From: Polyangiaceae bacterium
GTDB taxonomy: Bacteria > Myxococcota_A > Polyangia > Polyangiales > Polyangiaceae
Reading direction: 5' to 3'
Assembly: GCA_050287085.1 (NCBI GenBank)
Contig: JBNKBE010000002.1
Location: 288,001-352,000 of the forward strand
Length of the DNA stretch: 64,000 nucleotides
Made by a program: the position numbers and the translations under genes. The notes beneath the pieces were generated by a model. That model searched no databases, had not been told where the DNA came from, and saw nothing but the letters and a program-made list of their open reading frames with translations. How positions within the stretch are numbered: the first letter of the stretch is position 1; each line of letters opens with the position of its first letter. Shown here in pieces: positions 31,312 to 41,217 of this stretch.

Positions 31312-32385
31312 GTGACTTCCGATCCGTCGCCTTCGCTGCGTTCCCCCTACGCTGCGGAGAAGTACTTGCATCAGCTCTTGGCCAAAGCGGTGGCGGCCAA
31401 CGCCCGCGATATTCACCTCAAGGTGGGGCAGCCCCCCGGGGCCCGCGTCGGTGGCGAGCTCGTCTACTTCCGACTGGATCCGGTACGACCCGTCGACACG
31501 CAAGCGGTTGTGCGGCATCTGGTCAAAGACCCCACGGTGGTCGGGAATCTCGACAGCATCATGGAGTACGACACCAGCTATAGCGTGGAAGGGCTTGGAC
31601 GTTTCCGCGTCAATGCCTACCGTCAGCGTGGCTCCCTCTCCGTTGTCTTGCGTTTCATTCCCTTGGTGGTGCCGTCGCTTGAGGAGCTCGGGGCGCCGCT
31701 GGCGTGCCGTGAACTGGCCGAAAAAGAGCGCGGGCTGGTGTTGTGCGTGGGGGCGGCTGGCAGCGGCAAGAGCAGCACACTGGCGGCGATGATTGGACAC
31801 ATGAACAAGACTCTCGCGCGCCACATCGTGACGATTGAGGACCCGATCGAATTTCATCACGTCGACGACAAGTGCAGCATCAGTCAGCGTGAGGTGGGCG
31901 TCGACACGGCCAGCTTCGCCAGCGCGCTGCGCGCCGCCTTGCGCCAGGATCCGGATGTGATCCAAGTGGGGGAAATCCGGGATGCCGAAACAATGGGCAT
32001 CGCGCTCAAGGCCGCAGAGACAGGGCACCTCGTGCTCAGCACTCTGCACACCCCCGACGTGCAGCGCACGATGAACCGAATCGTCTCTCTGTCGTCAGGG
32101 GACGACCTCAGAGAAAGGGTCGCTGACGCGCTGCAGGGAATCATCGCACAGCGTTTGATCCCGCGAGCGGACGGCCCCCAGATGGTGCTAGCCGCTGAGG
32201 TTTTGATCGCTACCGGGTCTGTTCGCGAGACCCTCAAGCGTCCCGTGGGCAATCCCTCGCTGAAGGAGCTGATGGAGGGCGGAGGGCATCCTTACGGCAT
32301 GCAGACCTTTGAGAAGCATATCAAACAGTTGGTTCGGGACGGACTCATCACGCGGGAAGCCGCGCGGGTGGCGCTATCGTTCTAG
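31312..32385 (+). CDS. PilT/PilU-family ATPase paralog
   Basis: DIHLK, GRFRVN, GAAGSGKS, LRQDPDVIQVGEIRD, ETGHLVLSTLHT and GMQTF motifs; no AIRNLIRE. Confidence 0.93.
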   Translation: MTSDPSPSLRSPYAAEKYLHQLLAKAVAANARDIHLKVGQPPGARVGGELVYFRLDPVRPVDTQAVVRHLVKDPTVVGNLDSIMEYDTSYSVEGLGRFRVNAYRQRGSLSVVLRFIPLVVPSLEELGAPLACRELAEKERGLVLCVGAAGSGKSSTLAAMIGHMNKTLARHIVTIEDPIEFHHVDDKCSISQREVGVDTASFASALRAALRQDPDVIQVGEIRDAETMGIALKAAETGHLVLSTLHTPDVQRTMNRIVSLSSGDDLRERVADALQGIIAQRLIPRADGPQMVLAAEVLIATGSVRETLKRPVGNPSLKELMEGGGHPYGMQTFEKHIKQLVRDGLITREAARVALSF

Positions 32386-32472
32386 GGGAGCGGAGGGAGC
32401 GCGCTCGCCGTGGGGGGCTCCGAGGGGGTGATGGCTGCCGGGCGCTCCTCGGGAGAGGGGCACCGGAAAGGG

Positions 32473-32490
32473 TTGTCGAGCGCTTGACAA
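32473..32490. promoter_or_regulatory. Palindromic candidate operator upstream of bioB
   Basis: TTGTCGAGCGCTTGACAA, 8 of 9 arm pairs, ending 22 nt before the ATG. Confidence 0.5.
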
Positions 32491-32512
32491 GCCGTGTAAG
32501 ACCCGTCGGGCC

Positions 32513-33481
32513 ATGGGTTCAAACCTAAGATACGATTGGAGCGTGGAGCAGGCGCTGGCCCTCTATCGACTTCCCCTTTTCGAGCTGGTTGATCGCGCGC
32601 GCGCCGTCCATCTGGAGGCCCATCCGAGGAGCGAGGTGCAACTGTGTGCGCTTCTCAGTGTGAAGACTGGGGGCTGCCCGGAGAATTGCGCCTACTGTCC
32701 GCAGTCGGCTCATTATGAGACGGAGGTGGGCCGTGAAGAGATGCTCGACGTGCCGGCGGTACTGGATGCAGCGCGGAGCGCAGCGAGCCAGGGCGCAACG
32801 CGCTTCTGCATGGGGGCCGCGTGGCGAGAAGTGCGCGATGGGGCGCAATTCGAGAGCGTTCTGGAGATGGTAAAGGGCGTCAAGGCGCTTGGTCTCGAGG
32901 CCTGTTGCACCCTGGGAATGCTCAAGCCGCATCAGGCCGAGCAGCTCAAGGCTGCGGGGTTGGACGCCTACAACCACAACATCGATACCTCGCCGTCGCA
33001 CTATCGCTCGATCATCACCACCCGAACGCAGGAGCAGCGTTTTGAGACCCTCCGCCACGTTCGAGCCGCGGGGATCACGATTTGCTCCGGGGGGATCATT
33101 GGAATGGGGGAGAGCGATGAGGATCGCTGCGCCATGTTGGTGCAGTTGGCTCGGCTTCAGCCTCATCCCGAAAGCGTGCCGATCAATGCCCTGGTGAGAG
33201 TTGAGGGCACGCCGCTTGCCGAGCTGCCGCCGGTCGATGGCACCGAGCTTGTCCGCATGGTGGCTGCAGCCCGCATCATGATGCCCCGTTCTCGCGTTCG
33301 CTTGAGTGCTGGCCGTCAAGCGCTCGACCGAGGTTCGCAGTTGCTCTGCTTGTACGCGGGGGCCAATAGCATCTTCTACGGTGAGAAGTTGCTCACGACG
33401 GCAAACCCGGAAGCAGCAGCCGATCGTGCCATGCTCGCGGACGCCGGCCTCGGCATCAGCGCACCAACGCCCGCTGGCTAA
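32513..33481 (+). CDS. bioB: Biotin synthase
   Basis: [11 protein letters not shown] radical-SAM motif, [21 protein letters not shown] and RLSAGR. Confidence 0.98.
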   Translation: MGSNLRYDWSVEQALALYRLPLFELVDRARAVHLEAHPRSEVQLCALLSVKTGGCPENCAYCPQSAHYETEVGREEMLDVPAVLDAARSAASQGATRFCMGAAWREVRDGAQFESVLEMVKGVKALGLEACCTLGMLKPHQAEQLKAAGLDAYNHNIDTSPSHYRSIITTRTQEQRFETLRHVRAAGITICSGGIIGMGESDEDRCAMLVQLARLQPHPESVPINALVRVEGTPLAELPPVDGTELVRMVAAARIMMPRSRVRLSAGRQALDRGSQLLCLYAGANSIFYGEKLLTTANPEAAADRAMLADAGLGISAPTPAG

Positions 33482-33601
33482 GGCGGGAAAGTCGTATTAC
33501 GCCGGCCGATCCCCTTGCTGCGGCGGGCGGGGCCGGTCTCGACCGGCTCGCGACTGACTTTCCAATCGGCGGGCCCCGAGTGTCGGTGGCGCAACCGCCC
33601 A

Positions 33602-33646
33602 GCGAGCAGGCACCCCGCGAGCCGGTACGGGGCGAGCCGGTACGGC
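33602..33646. repeat. 15-bp tandem repeat x3 in a convergent intergenic region
   Basis: GCGAGCAGGCACCCC / GCGAGCCGGTACGGG / GCGAGCCGGTACGGC. Confidence 0.8.
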
Positions 33647-33651
33647 GCCGG

Positions 33652-34719
33652 CTACGCTTTGAGCTGGCGACGTCTCAGCTGTACCAGCCCCAGGAGGCCG
33701 AGGGCGCCCCACCACCAGCTATGTGTGGTTGAACTCTTCTGGACGGGGTTGCCCCCGGCGTCGAGCTCGGCGCTCGGGGGAGTGCTGAGCTCGCAGCTGA
33801 GCTTCGCAGGCTTTTCAGTCGAGCCGCAGAATCGCGAAAAGCCGCCGAAAGGGCGTGCCCCGACGCACGATGGCTCGCCTCCCGGGGGGTAGAGCGCGCA
33901 GATCGCCGAGGCATCGTCGTCCGAAAGCAGTCGCAGCGTCTTGTTGTCGATGTCGTAGTAGGCATACATCGTCGAACGCTCGAGGCTTGAGTGCGCCAGC
34001 CCCAGGAAGTGTCCGACCTCGTGGGTGAGGACGGTCTGGAGATCTGCCTTGACGTTGGTATCGGTAGTGGTCAGCTCCAGCCCGAACGAATTGACTTCGA
34101 TGTCGGCGTCGAGGAGCGCCCCCGTTCTGGGGTCGTAGGTGAGAGTCGTGAGCGCGATGGCGTCCTCGTCGTGGGTCCAGGACTCGTCGCGAAATACGAT
34201 CACGTTGGCGTTGGGCGAGGTCGGAAAGAATGCGGCTTCGTCGCAGTAGATCTTTCCGAGTCGGGATGCCGCCAAGAAGGGTGTTGCACCGTCGCCGCAG
34301 TCGGCGCTTATCCAAGAGCGAAAGGCCCGAGCCGCGATGCGTTCAGCCTCCTCGAAACCGATGCGGCGCTTGACCGAGCCGTCGGCGTGGACGCCGAATG
34401 TGACGCACTCTTCGGGCCAGAACAGTGGCAGCCCGGTGATCGAGCAGCCTTGGTCGTCGCCGGGGCATGGCGTGTGACGGCTGTCGCAAGTCGTGGCCAA
34501 GCAATAAGCCTCCGCGCGATGGGTCACGGCCGTGGCCCCGAGCGCGACCAGGGCGCTCGCACCCAGTCTTCTGACCCGCGGTGTTACCCGCAGGGCGTTT
34601 CTTGCTGGTCGCCGAGGGGCCTTCGGCTCGCGGTGATGCGGCATCCATGGGCTCTCCGAAGCTTCCAACTGGGGGTGGAGACCCGTGGGAACGCTCGCGA
34701 TGTCGTTTTGGTGGCTCAT
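33652..34719 (-). CDS. Matrixin (M10-like) zinc metalloprotease with MYXO-CTERM-like tail
   Basis: DADIEVN, HEVGHFLGLAHS, Met-turn STMY and C-terminal WWWGALGLLGLVQLRRR. True start may be downstream. Confidence 0.9.
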   Translation of the reverse strand: MSHQNDIASVPTGLHPQLEASESPWMPHHREPKAPRRPARNALRVTPRVRRLGASALVALGATAVTHRAEAYCLATTCDSRHTPCPGDDQGCSITGLPLFWPEECVTFGVHADGSVKRRIGFEEAERIAARAFRSWISADCGDGATPFLAASRLGKIYCDEAAFFPTSPNANVIVFRDESWTHDEDAIALTTLTYDPRTGALLDADIEVNSFGLELTTTDTNVKADLQTVLTHEVGHFLGLAHSSLERSTMYAYYDIDNKTLRLLSDDDASAICALYPPGGEPSCVGARPFGGFSRFCGSTEKPAKLSCELSTPPSAELDAGGNPVQKSSTTHSWWWGALGLLGLVQLRRRQLKA

Positions 34720-35360
34720 TGGACTTGAACACCCGCCAGCATTCGCTCGCAGTCCGCAACCGTGCGCCCGCTCAGGCGGCTTACCGCGGATTGGGGATCG
34801 TTTTTCACCAACATGTCGAGGCCGGGGCTTGCGCTCAGTCGATAGGCGCCGGAGCTGTCAGCGGTGAGCGGGTAGTGCCCCTGGGCCATCGCCGTGACCG
34901 CAAAGGCTCCGCTCGAGGTTTGGCGCAAGAAGAGCACCGACGGCCCCCCCGGTCCGAGCGGGGCTTCTCCTAACACCCGCTGCCCGACGTCGCCCACAAC
35001 ACCACCCAGTGTTCGCACAAACGGCTCACCGGCGGCGGATGACTTGTCCCCGACGCTCTGTTGCACTTCAAGCTGGTGGTAGCTGACGATCCGGCGCTCC
35101 GTGCCGTCGTTCTCCCATTGGGCATGGCTAGAGCGTATCGTGGCTACAACCACCAGTTCGCTGCGAGCTACCAGCGCTTCCAGGGGGATGGCCCGCGCCG
35201 CGCCAGCCCGGGCGTCATGCCCTCGGGTGCCAGCAGCATAACCGAGCAAGGCACCTGCCGCCGGAAGCCACCTTGCTGAAGCCAGGTGACCTCCACTCGC
35301 GAGCGCGGCGCAAAGGCCGGCTAGCCAATCCCGACGTCCACAACACTCCGATTCCCACAT
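34716..35360 (-). CDS. Exported hypothetical protein coupled to the matrixin gene
   Basis: Possible Tat signal GRRDWL; LVARSELVV, GGVVGD...V.GE and VLFL pattern; ATGA overlap with the matrixin ORF. Start uncertain. Confidence 0.7.
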   Translation of the reverse strand: MWESECCGRRDWLAGLCAALASGGHLASARWLPAAGALLGYAAGTRGHDARAGAARAIPLEALVARSELVVVATIRSSHAQWENDGTERRIVSYHQLEVQQSVGDKSSAAGEPFVRTLGGVVGDVGQRVLGEAPLGPGGPSVLFLRQTSSGAFAVTAMAQGHYPLTADSSGAYRLSASPGLDMLVKNDPQSAVSRLSGRTVADCERMLAGVQVQ

Positions 35361-35497
35361 CTCGTGCTGGTGTAACACAGACTGAAGTGGGGGTGCCAGA
35401 ACAGTTCGTTTGTGTCGCACTCGCTCTCCATCCGGTGAAACAAGTGCTCGACATTCGGCCGCGGACGCGTACGTTGCGACCTATTCGGACCCGCACG

Positions 35498-38188
35498 ATG
35501 CTCTCCAAGTCCCAGCCTGCGGCAGGCGAAAAAAAGGCAAGCGAGCTTCCACTCCTGGAGCGGCTTTCAGACAAATTGCTGCCTGAACTGAAGGTTTACA
35601 TCGAGCGCCACCGCGGCCAGGTACAGGCGATGGTCGGGGAGGCTTCAGAGCATAGCGGGCTCGAGGCTTCCGGCCGCTACGCCCGGGTTATCGACGGCCT
35701 CTTGTCGGCAGTATTCCTCGCCGCCAAGACGGCGCAGACACAGGTGGGCTCCTGGTGTCCGGTTGCGCTTTCCGCCGTTGGCAGCTATGCGCGGTGCACG
35801 CTCTCGCTGTACAGCGATTTGGACGTTCGCCTGGTGGTGGATGCGGCGCCCGAGGCGGCGCAGCAAACCGCCGAGGCCTTGCTCTATCCGCTGTGGGACG
35901 CGGGGCTGTCGGTAGGCCATCAGGTGGTCAACGCCCGTGAAGTCGTCGAGTTGGCTCGCACCGACCTCCCCACTGCGACGTCGATCCTCGACTACCGTTT
36001 TCTAGCTGGCGAACGCCGCTTGGATGAGAGCTTCCGTCAGCAGGTCTACGAGGCTGTGTTTGGGCCACACGACATCGCCAGTTTTCTTGAGATGTTGGCA
36101 AATGCCGTCGAAAAGCGAAAAGAGCGCTTTGGCGGTAGCGTGTTTCTGCTCGAACCGGACATCAAGAATGGGGCCGGAGGGCTACGAGACCTCGATGTGG
36201 CAGGTTGGGCAACCCGTGCTCGCTGGCGGGTTGATTCGATCGAGGATCTAGTAGGGCTCGGGGTGCTGTTGCCGGAGGAGTGGAATGAACTCTCCGCAGC
36301 ACGCAACTTCATTATCCGCCTTCGCAACGTGCTGCACCTACATCTGCGCCGGCGCGTTGATCGTCTCGGCTTCTTGGAGCAGGAGGCACTGTGCGCGAGT
36401 CTCGGCTACGGTCAAGGTGGGGCGGCCGTGGAAAGCTTGATGAGCGACTACTACCGACATGCTCGGGAGATCGAGCGTGCTTCGGAGATCATCTTGCACC
36501 GCGCGGTGCCGCCCCCCTCGCATCGGCCTTCCGAGCGGCGCCTCAGAAACGGACTTGTCGTTGCCGGTGACAAGCTGCGATTCGGGGATCCGGACCATAT
36601 CTTCATCGAGCCTTCGCTGGTGTTTACCCTCTATGAAGAGGCGATAACCCGTGGTTGTCGCGTTAGCAACGGTAGCCGACGTGCCATTTCCAGGGCCGTC
36701 ACCAGCGAGGCGTTTTGCGAGCAGCTACGGGCCGATCCGATGGCGTGTCGCGTATTTCGGCGCCTCGTTTGCACCTGGAAGCAAACGCGCTTCAAGTACG
36801 GTTCGGTGCTGGTCGAGATGCACGACGTCGGTCTTCTGCTGGCGATGATTCCGGAGTTTGCTCCGGTTGTTGGACGGGTGCATCACGACGTATACCACGT
36901 CTACACTGTGGATGTTCACTCCATTGCGGCGGTGGACTACTTGCGTTCAATCTATCAGGGGGCAGCGCAGGAGGTCTTGGGTCGCGAAGTGGTTGACCAG
37001 ATCGAACGTCACCAGGTCCTCTTCTTTGCGACCTTGCTGCACGATATCGGCAAGGATGTGGGGGGGCGTCAGCACGCAGAGCGTGGCGCCGATCTTGCGG
37101 CCATCATCAGTGCGCGTCTCCATTTCGACCCGGGTGAGGTCGAGGCCATCTCGCATCTCATTCGCCAGCACCTTGTGTTGTATCTGACGGCGACGCGGCG
37201 TGATATTGACGACCCGAAGACGTTGCACCAGATCTCTGATAAGGTGCTCGGCTTGCGCGGGTTGCGGGAGCTATACTTACTGACGCTCGCCGATGTGGCG
37301 ACAACAAGTCCAGGTACGCTGAATCCGTGGAAGCGGCGCATGCTCGACGAGCTCTATCTTCGTGCTGAAAGCTGGCTGAGAGAAGGCGGGCCGTCCGCGA
37401 GCAATGACGAACTGCGTGGTCGAGCTTTGCGCTTGCTGCCTGAGTCGGTACCACGACACTTTGCTGAGCGCTTCACGACGGCGCTTCCGGATCGCTACAT
37501 CACGGCCAACTCGCCGACGAATATTGCCAAACACATCACGTTCGCGTTCGAGAGCGCAGAGTCGGCTGCCGCCATGCGTGTGCTTCGGCGCGAGGGGACC
37601 CACGTTGAGATTGCAGTCGTCGCAGATGACCGCGCGGGGCTCCTGGCGGCGATCTGTGCGGTGCTCAGCATGCGCAAGCTGAAGGTCGTTGCCGCACAAG
37701 TTTACTCCGCTTCTTTTGGCGGGGAGCGTAAGCGCGCGTTCGACTGCTTCTGGGTTCACGCGGGAAGCAACGCCGAAGAAGTCGAGGGCGCAGCCGAGCA
37801 GATGAGCGAGCAGCTGGTGGCCGTGCTGGATGGCACGTTGGACGTGCGAGCGCGCATGGGCTCGGCGGCGCCCGACCGCTGGTCTCAGCGTCCGGCGCCG
37901 GCAATCCCCGTGGAAGTGCGCATCGACCATCAAGAGGCGTCGGCGCATACGATTGTGGAGGTCATCTCCAAGGATCGCAGCGACCTTCTGTATTGGATCG
38001 CCGAAACAATTCACCGTCTTGGCTACAGCATCGAATTGGCAAAGATTCACACCGAAGGACATCGCGTAACCGACGTGTTCTATGTGCGAACGCAAACCGG
38101 TGGGAAGCTGGAGCCGGGCGCGGAGACCGAACGCTTCTGCTCCGCTCTAGGGGAGGTATTGGCGCGGCTTGACGAAAGCAAGCGCTGA
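35498..38188 (+). CDS. glnD: [Protein-PII] uridylyltransferase
   Basis: AVGSYAR...SDLD, LEPDIKNGAGGLRD, YHVYTVDVH, LLHDIGK and two C-terminal ACT domains. Confidence 0.96.
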   Translation: MLSKSQPAAGEKKASELPLLERLSDKLLPELKVYIERHRGQVQAMVGEASEHSGLEASGRYARVIDGLLSAVFLAAKTAQTQVGSWCPVALSAVGSYARCTLSLYSDLDVRLVVDAAPEAAQQTAEALLYPLWDAGLSVGHQVVNAREVVELARTDLPTATSILDYRFLAGERRLDESFRQQVYEAVFGPHDIASFLEMLANAVEKRKERFGGSVFLLEPDIKNGAGGLRDLDVAGWATRARWRVDSIEDLVGLGVLLPEEWNELSAARNFIIRLRNVLHLHLRRRVDRLGFLEQEALCASLGYGQGGAAVESLMSDYYRHAREIERASEIILHRAVPPPSHRPSERRLRNGLVVAGDKLRFGDPDHIFIEPSLVFTLYEEAITRGCRVSNGSRRAISRAVTSEAFCEQLRADPMACRVFRRLVCTWKQTRFKYGSVLVEMHDVGLLLAMIPEFAPVVGRVHHDVYHVYTVDVHSIAAVDYLRSIYQGAAQEVLGREVVDQIERHQVLFFATLLHDIGKDVGGRQHAERGADLAAIISARLHFDPGEVEAISHLIRQHLVLYLTATRRDIDDPKTLHQISDKVLGLRGLRELYLLTLADVATTSPGTLNPWKRRMLDELYLRAESWLREGGPSASNDELRGRALRLLPESVPRHFAERFTTALPDRYITANSPTNIAKHITFAFESAESAAAMRVLRREGTHVEIAVVADDRAGLLAAICAVLSMRKLKVVAAQVYSASFGGERKRAFDCFWVHAGSNAEEVEGAAEQMSEQLVAVLDGTLDVRARMGSAAPDRWSQRPAPAIPVEVRIDHQEASAHTIVEVISKDRSDLLYWIAETIHRLGYSIELAKIHTEGHRVTDVFYVRTQTGGKLEPGAETERFCSALGEVLARLDESKR

Positions 38189-38324
38189 GGATTGGGGCGG
38201 TGTGTAGGTGCCGGACCCTGGCAACGCTGAGGGTGGCTACACGGGGCTTGATACTGACACACGGTTTTTGCGAGGCTCTCGTGAACGGTTCTTGAAGGCT
38301 TTGAGCCAGTGGGTGGAGTAGGTG

Positions 38325-39323
38325 ATGAAGAAGACAGGACTTATGCTGGTTGGGGTTTGGGCGATGGCCTGTGGAGGCGCGAAGCCTGAAGCGAATACCG
38401 CCAAGGATGTCTCGACCCCAGCCGATGAGAGCGAGTTGTTGGCCGATGCGGACTCAGAGGCCCGCGCGCCAGCGTCCAGCAGCGCCGTGAAACAAGGCAT
38501 TACGGCCATAGAGGCTGGCGATTTTGCGCGAGCTGAGACGGTTCTCTTGGGCGCCGTCGCCGAGGATGCTGCGGATCCACAGGCCGCTTTCTACCTGGGG
38601 GTAGCTCAAGCCGGACTGGGCAAGAACGAGGAGGCGGTCTCGTCCTTGCAGCGTGCCTTGAAGTTGCAGCCGGTGTTTCAAGAGGCCAGTCTGAACCTGT
38701 CGGCGCTGCTCCTCGATGCGGGGGAAGAGGCGGAGGCGTTGCGAGTTGTTGACGCGGCACTGGCCGCCGACCCCAAGGCGACGGCGCTCATTCACAACAA
38801 GGCTCTGGCACTGCTCCAGCTTGGCAAGCCCGATGAGGCCGCTCGGCTTTTTGAAGCCGTCATTGCCGAAGGCCCCGCCAGCGACGAGGTGCGCTTCTTG
38901 TACGCTCAAAGCCTGCTTCAGGCCGGCGAGACCGAGCCGGCGCTAGCAGAGCTGCGCAAGCTGTTGGGTTCGGAATCGGTTGAAGTCTTGGCCTCCGTGG
39001 CTGACCTATTCGGTCGGCTCAAGCAATGGCCTGATTGCGTGAGTGCGCTGGACCGGGCGATTGCAAAGCGCGACGCGTCCGAGCTGCACGTCAAACGGGG
39101 CTTGTGCCTCCATGGGGCGAGCGACGAAGGCGAGGCAAAACTCGCGTTCGAGCGGGCCATCGCTTTGGATCCAAAGTCTGCGAGCGCCCATTTCTATCTC
39201 GGGCACAATCTGCGCGCGAGTGGCGACAAGCGCGCTGCCAAGTCAGCCTTTCTGCAAGCCGCGGAGCTGGCGGGCGAGTCCAAGATGGGCCAGGCAGCGC
39301 GAGCCGCCGCTGAGAAGCTCTGA
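38325..39323 (+). CDS. TPR-repeat lipoprotein
   Basis: Lipobox AMAC and multiple TPR-like helical repeats. Confidence 0.88.
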   Translation: MKKTGLMLVGVWAMACGGAKPEANTAKDVSTPADESELLADADSEARAPASSSAVKQGITAIEAGDFARAETVLLGAVAEDAADPQAAFYLGVAQAGLGKNEEAVSSLQRALKLQPVFQEASLNLSALLLDAGEEAEALRVVDAALAADPKATALIHNKALALLQLGKPDEAARLFEAVIAEGPASDEVRFLYAQSLLQAGETEPALAELRKLLGSESVEVLASVADLFGRLKQWPDCVSALDRAIAKRDASELHVKRGLCLHGASDEGEAKLAFERAIALDPKSASAHFYLGHNLRASGDKRAAKSAFLQAAELAGESKMGQAARAAAEKL

Positions 39324-39444
39324 GCTATCGTGGGCTCGACGTCGGCGGTGGCGTGGGTTTGGGGCCCTCGAACGATCTCTCCTCGCGCGCCCGTCTCGCG
39401 GCGGTCTCGACCAGCTCGCGACGGGCCTTCCGAGCCGCGGGCCC

Positions 39445-40305
39445 TCAGAGCAAGAGGTCGAGGATACGGTCCAGTTCGTCGAGGTTCGCATAACGCACCA
39501 CGATTTCCCCTTTGCCACTCTTGTCGTTTAGCTGGCATCGGGTTCCCAACTTGCGACTCAGACGCTGCTCCAAGTCTCGCACGCTTGGGCTCTTGGCGCG
39601 CTCGGCCGGCTTTTCGCGCTTCAGGGCACGGACCTCAGCTTCGGTCTGGCGCACGCTGAGCTTGCGCCGCACTACCTCGTGCGCCAAGCGGATCATTGCG
39701 CCTTCACTGGGGGCGCCCAGCAGCGCCCGCGCGTGCCCTTCACTGAGGGAGCCCTGCACGACCAGCTCGCGCACCGCCGCGGGAAGCTTGAGGAGGCGTA
39801 GCGCGTTGGTGATGGTCGTTCGATCTTTGCTGACGACCTTGGCTAGCGTCTCTTGGGTGTGTCCGTGCTCGTCAATGAGGGCCTTGAGGGCGCTGGCGAA
39901 CTCGAGCGGATTGAGATCTTCGCGTTGTACGTTTTCGATCAGCGCGACCTCATAGGCCTGCTTGTCAGACAGGTCCTTGACGACGATCAGCGCCTCGCGC
40001 AGGCCAGCTCGCTGGCAGGCGCGCCAACGGCGCTCGCCCGCCACAATTTCGAAGTCGTCTTGCTTGGTCCGCCGAACGACGATGGGTTCGATCAAGCCGT
40101 GCTCGCGAATCGAGCTGGCCAATTCTTCGAGCGCAGTCTCTTCGAAATGGCGGCGCGGTTGCCCGCGGTTCGGGTGGATACGCTCGAGGGCGCAAAGAAA
40201 GGCGGGGCGACTTTCGAGCGCCTGTTGCGTGGGCGCCACCGCGGGGCGGGGCGAGCTTGGGAGGAGTGCGTCTAGGCCTCTTCCTAGGCCTCGCGGTTTG
40301 TTCAC
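39445..40305 (-). CDS. parB: Chromosome partitioning protein ParB
   Basis: GLGRGLDAL N-terminal peptide, GERRWRA arginine patch, ENVQREDL and HTH; GTGA overlap with parA. Confidence 0.96.
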   Translation of the reverse strand: MNKPRGLGRGLDALLPSSPRPAVAPTQQALESRPAFLCALERIHPNRGQPRRHFEETALEELASSIREHGLIEPIVVRRTKQDDFEIVAGERRWRACQRAGLREALIVVKDLSDKQAYEVALIENVQREDLNPLEFASALKALIDEHGHTQETLAKVVSKDRTTITNALRLLKLPAAVRELVVQGSLSEGHARALLGAPSEGAMIRLAHEVVRRKLSVRQTEAEVRALKREKPAERAKSPSVRDLEQRLSRKLGTRCQLNDKSGKGEIVVRYANLDELDRILDLLL

Positions 40306-41075
40306 GCCGTATCGCCTTCGATCAGTTCCCGTGCAAGGCTCATATACGCCTGGGCGCCCTTGCACTGCACATCATATAACACCACCGGCAAGCCATGCGA
40401 AGGTGCCTCGCTGAGCCGAATGTTCCGCGGAACCACAGAGTTGAACACCCGGAAGTGCTTGCGGACCTCGTCAGCTACCTGATGGGCGAGGCGGTTGCGC
40501 GGGTCCCACATGGTGAGAACGAGCCCTTCGATCTTCAGGTTGGCGTTGAGCGTGCTCTTGACGCGATCGATAGTCGCCATCAGGTAGGAGATACCCTCCA
40601 GCGCGAAGTACTCGGGTTGGAGCGGCACGATCACCCGGTCTGCCGCAACCAGCACGTTCAGTGTCAGGACACCGAGAGACGGGGGCGAGTCTATGATGAT
40701 GTAGTCGAACTCTTCGGTCGCTTGGGTGTGCAGCAGCTGGCGCAGGTGAGAGCCGCGTTCGTCGCCGTCGAATAGTTCGTATTCTACCGCGGTTAGATGC
40801 TGGCTTGCAGGGGCGACCTTGAGGGCGTCGATTGCCGTTTGAACGGTGATCTCCCGCAGGGTCTTCGTTCCGAGCAAGGCGTCGTAGACGGTGAACTCCA
40901 CAGAGTTGGGAGCAACGCCAACGCCGCTCGATGCGTTTGCCTGGGGGTCCAGATCGACGAGCAACGTGCTCTTCTCGGCGGCGGCGAGCGACGCTGCGAG
41001 GTTGATGGCGGTTGTGGTCTTGCCGACGCCACCCTTCTGGTTGGCGATGGCGATGACTTTGGCGCGGTGAGCCAT
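40302..41075 (-). CDS. parA: Chromosome partitioning ATPase ParA/Soj
   Basis: NQKGGVGKTTT, DLDPQAN, DSPPSLG and RLSEAPSHG motifs. Confidence 0.97.
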   Translation of the reverse strand: MAHRAKVIAIANQKGGVGKTTTAINLAASLAAAEKSTLLVDLDPQANASSGVGVAPNSVEFTVYDALLGTKTLREITVQTAIDALKVAPASQHLTAVEYELFDGDERGSHLRQLLHTQATEEFDYIIIDSPPSLGVLTLNVLVAADRVIVPLQPEYFALEGISYLMATIDRVKSTLNANLKIEGLVLTMWDPRNRLAHQVADEVRKHFRVFNSVVPRNIRLSEAPSHGLPVVLYDVQCKGAQAYMSLARELIEGDTA

Positions 41076-41217
41076 GGGGAGGGGGTTCCTTATCTAAATC
41101 AAGCAGCAAACGCCCGATTTTTTGGACTCTCGCGAGGCTTCTCGTAGGGTGTGACCAATGTAGGTCTAGGTGGTTTTAGGTGAGTAAACAAGAAGTGGCG
41201 CCCAGGTTGGGCCGACG

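Noticed and set aside
41076..41200. oriC next to parA
   Set aside because: No cluster of TTATCCACA boxes and no dnaA or dnaN in the window.
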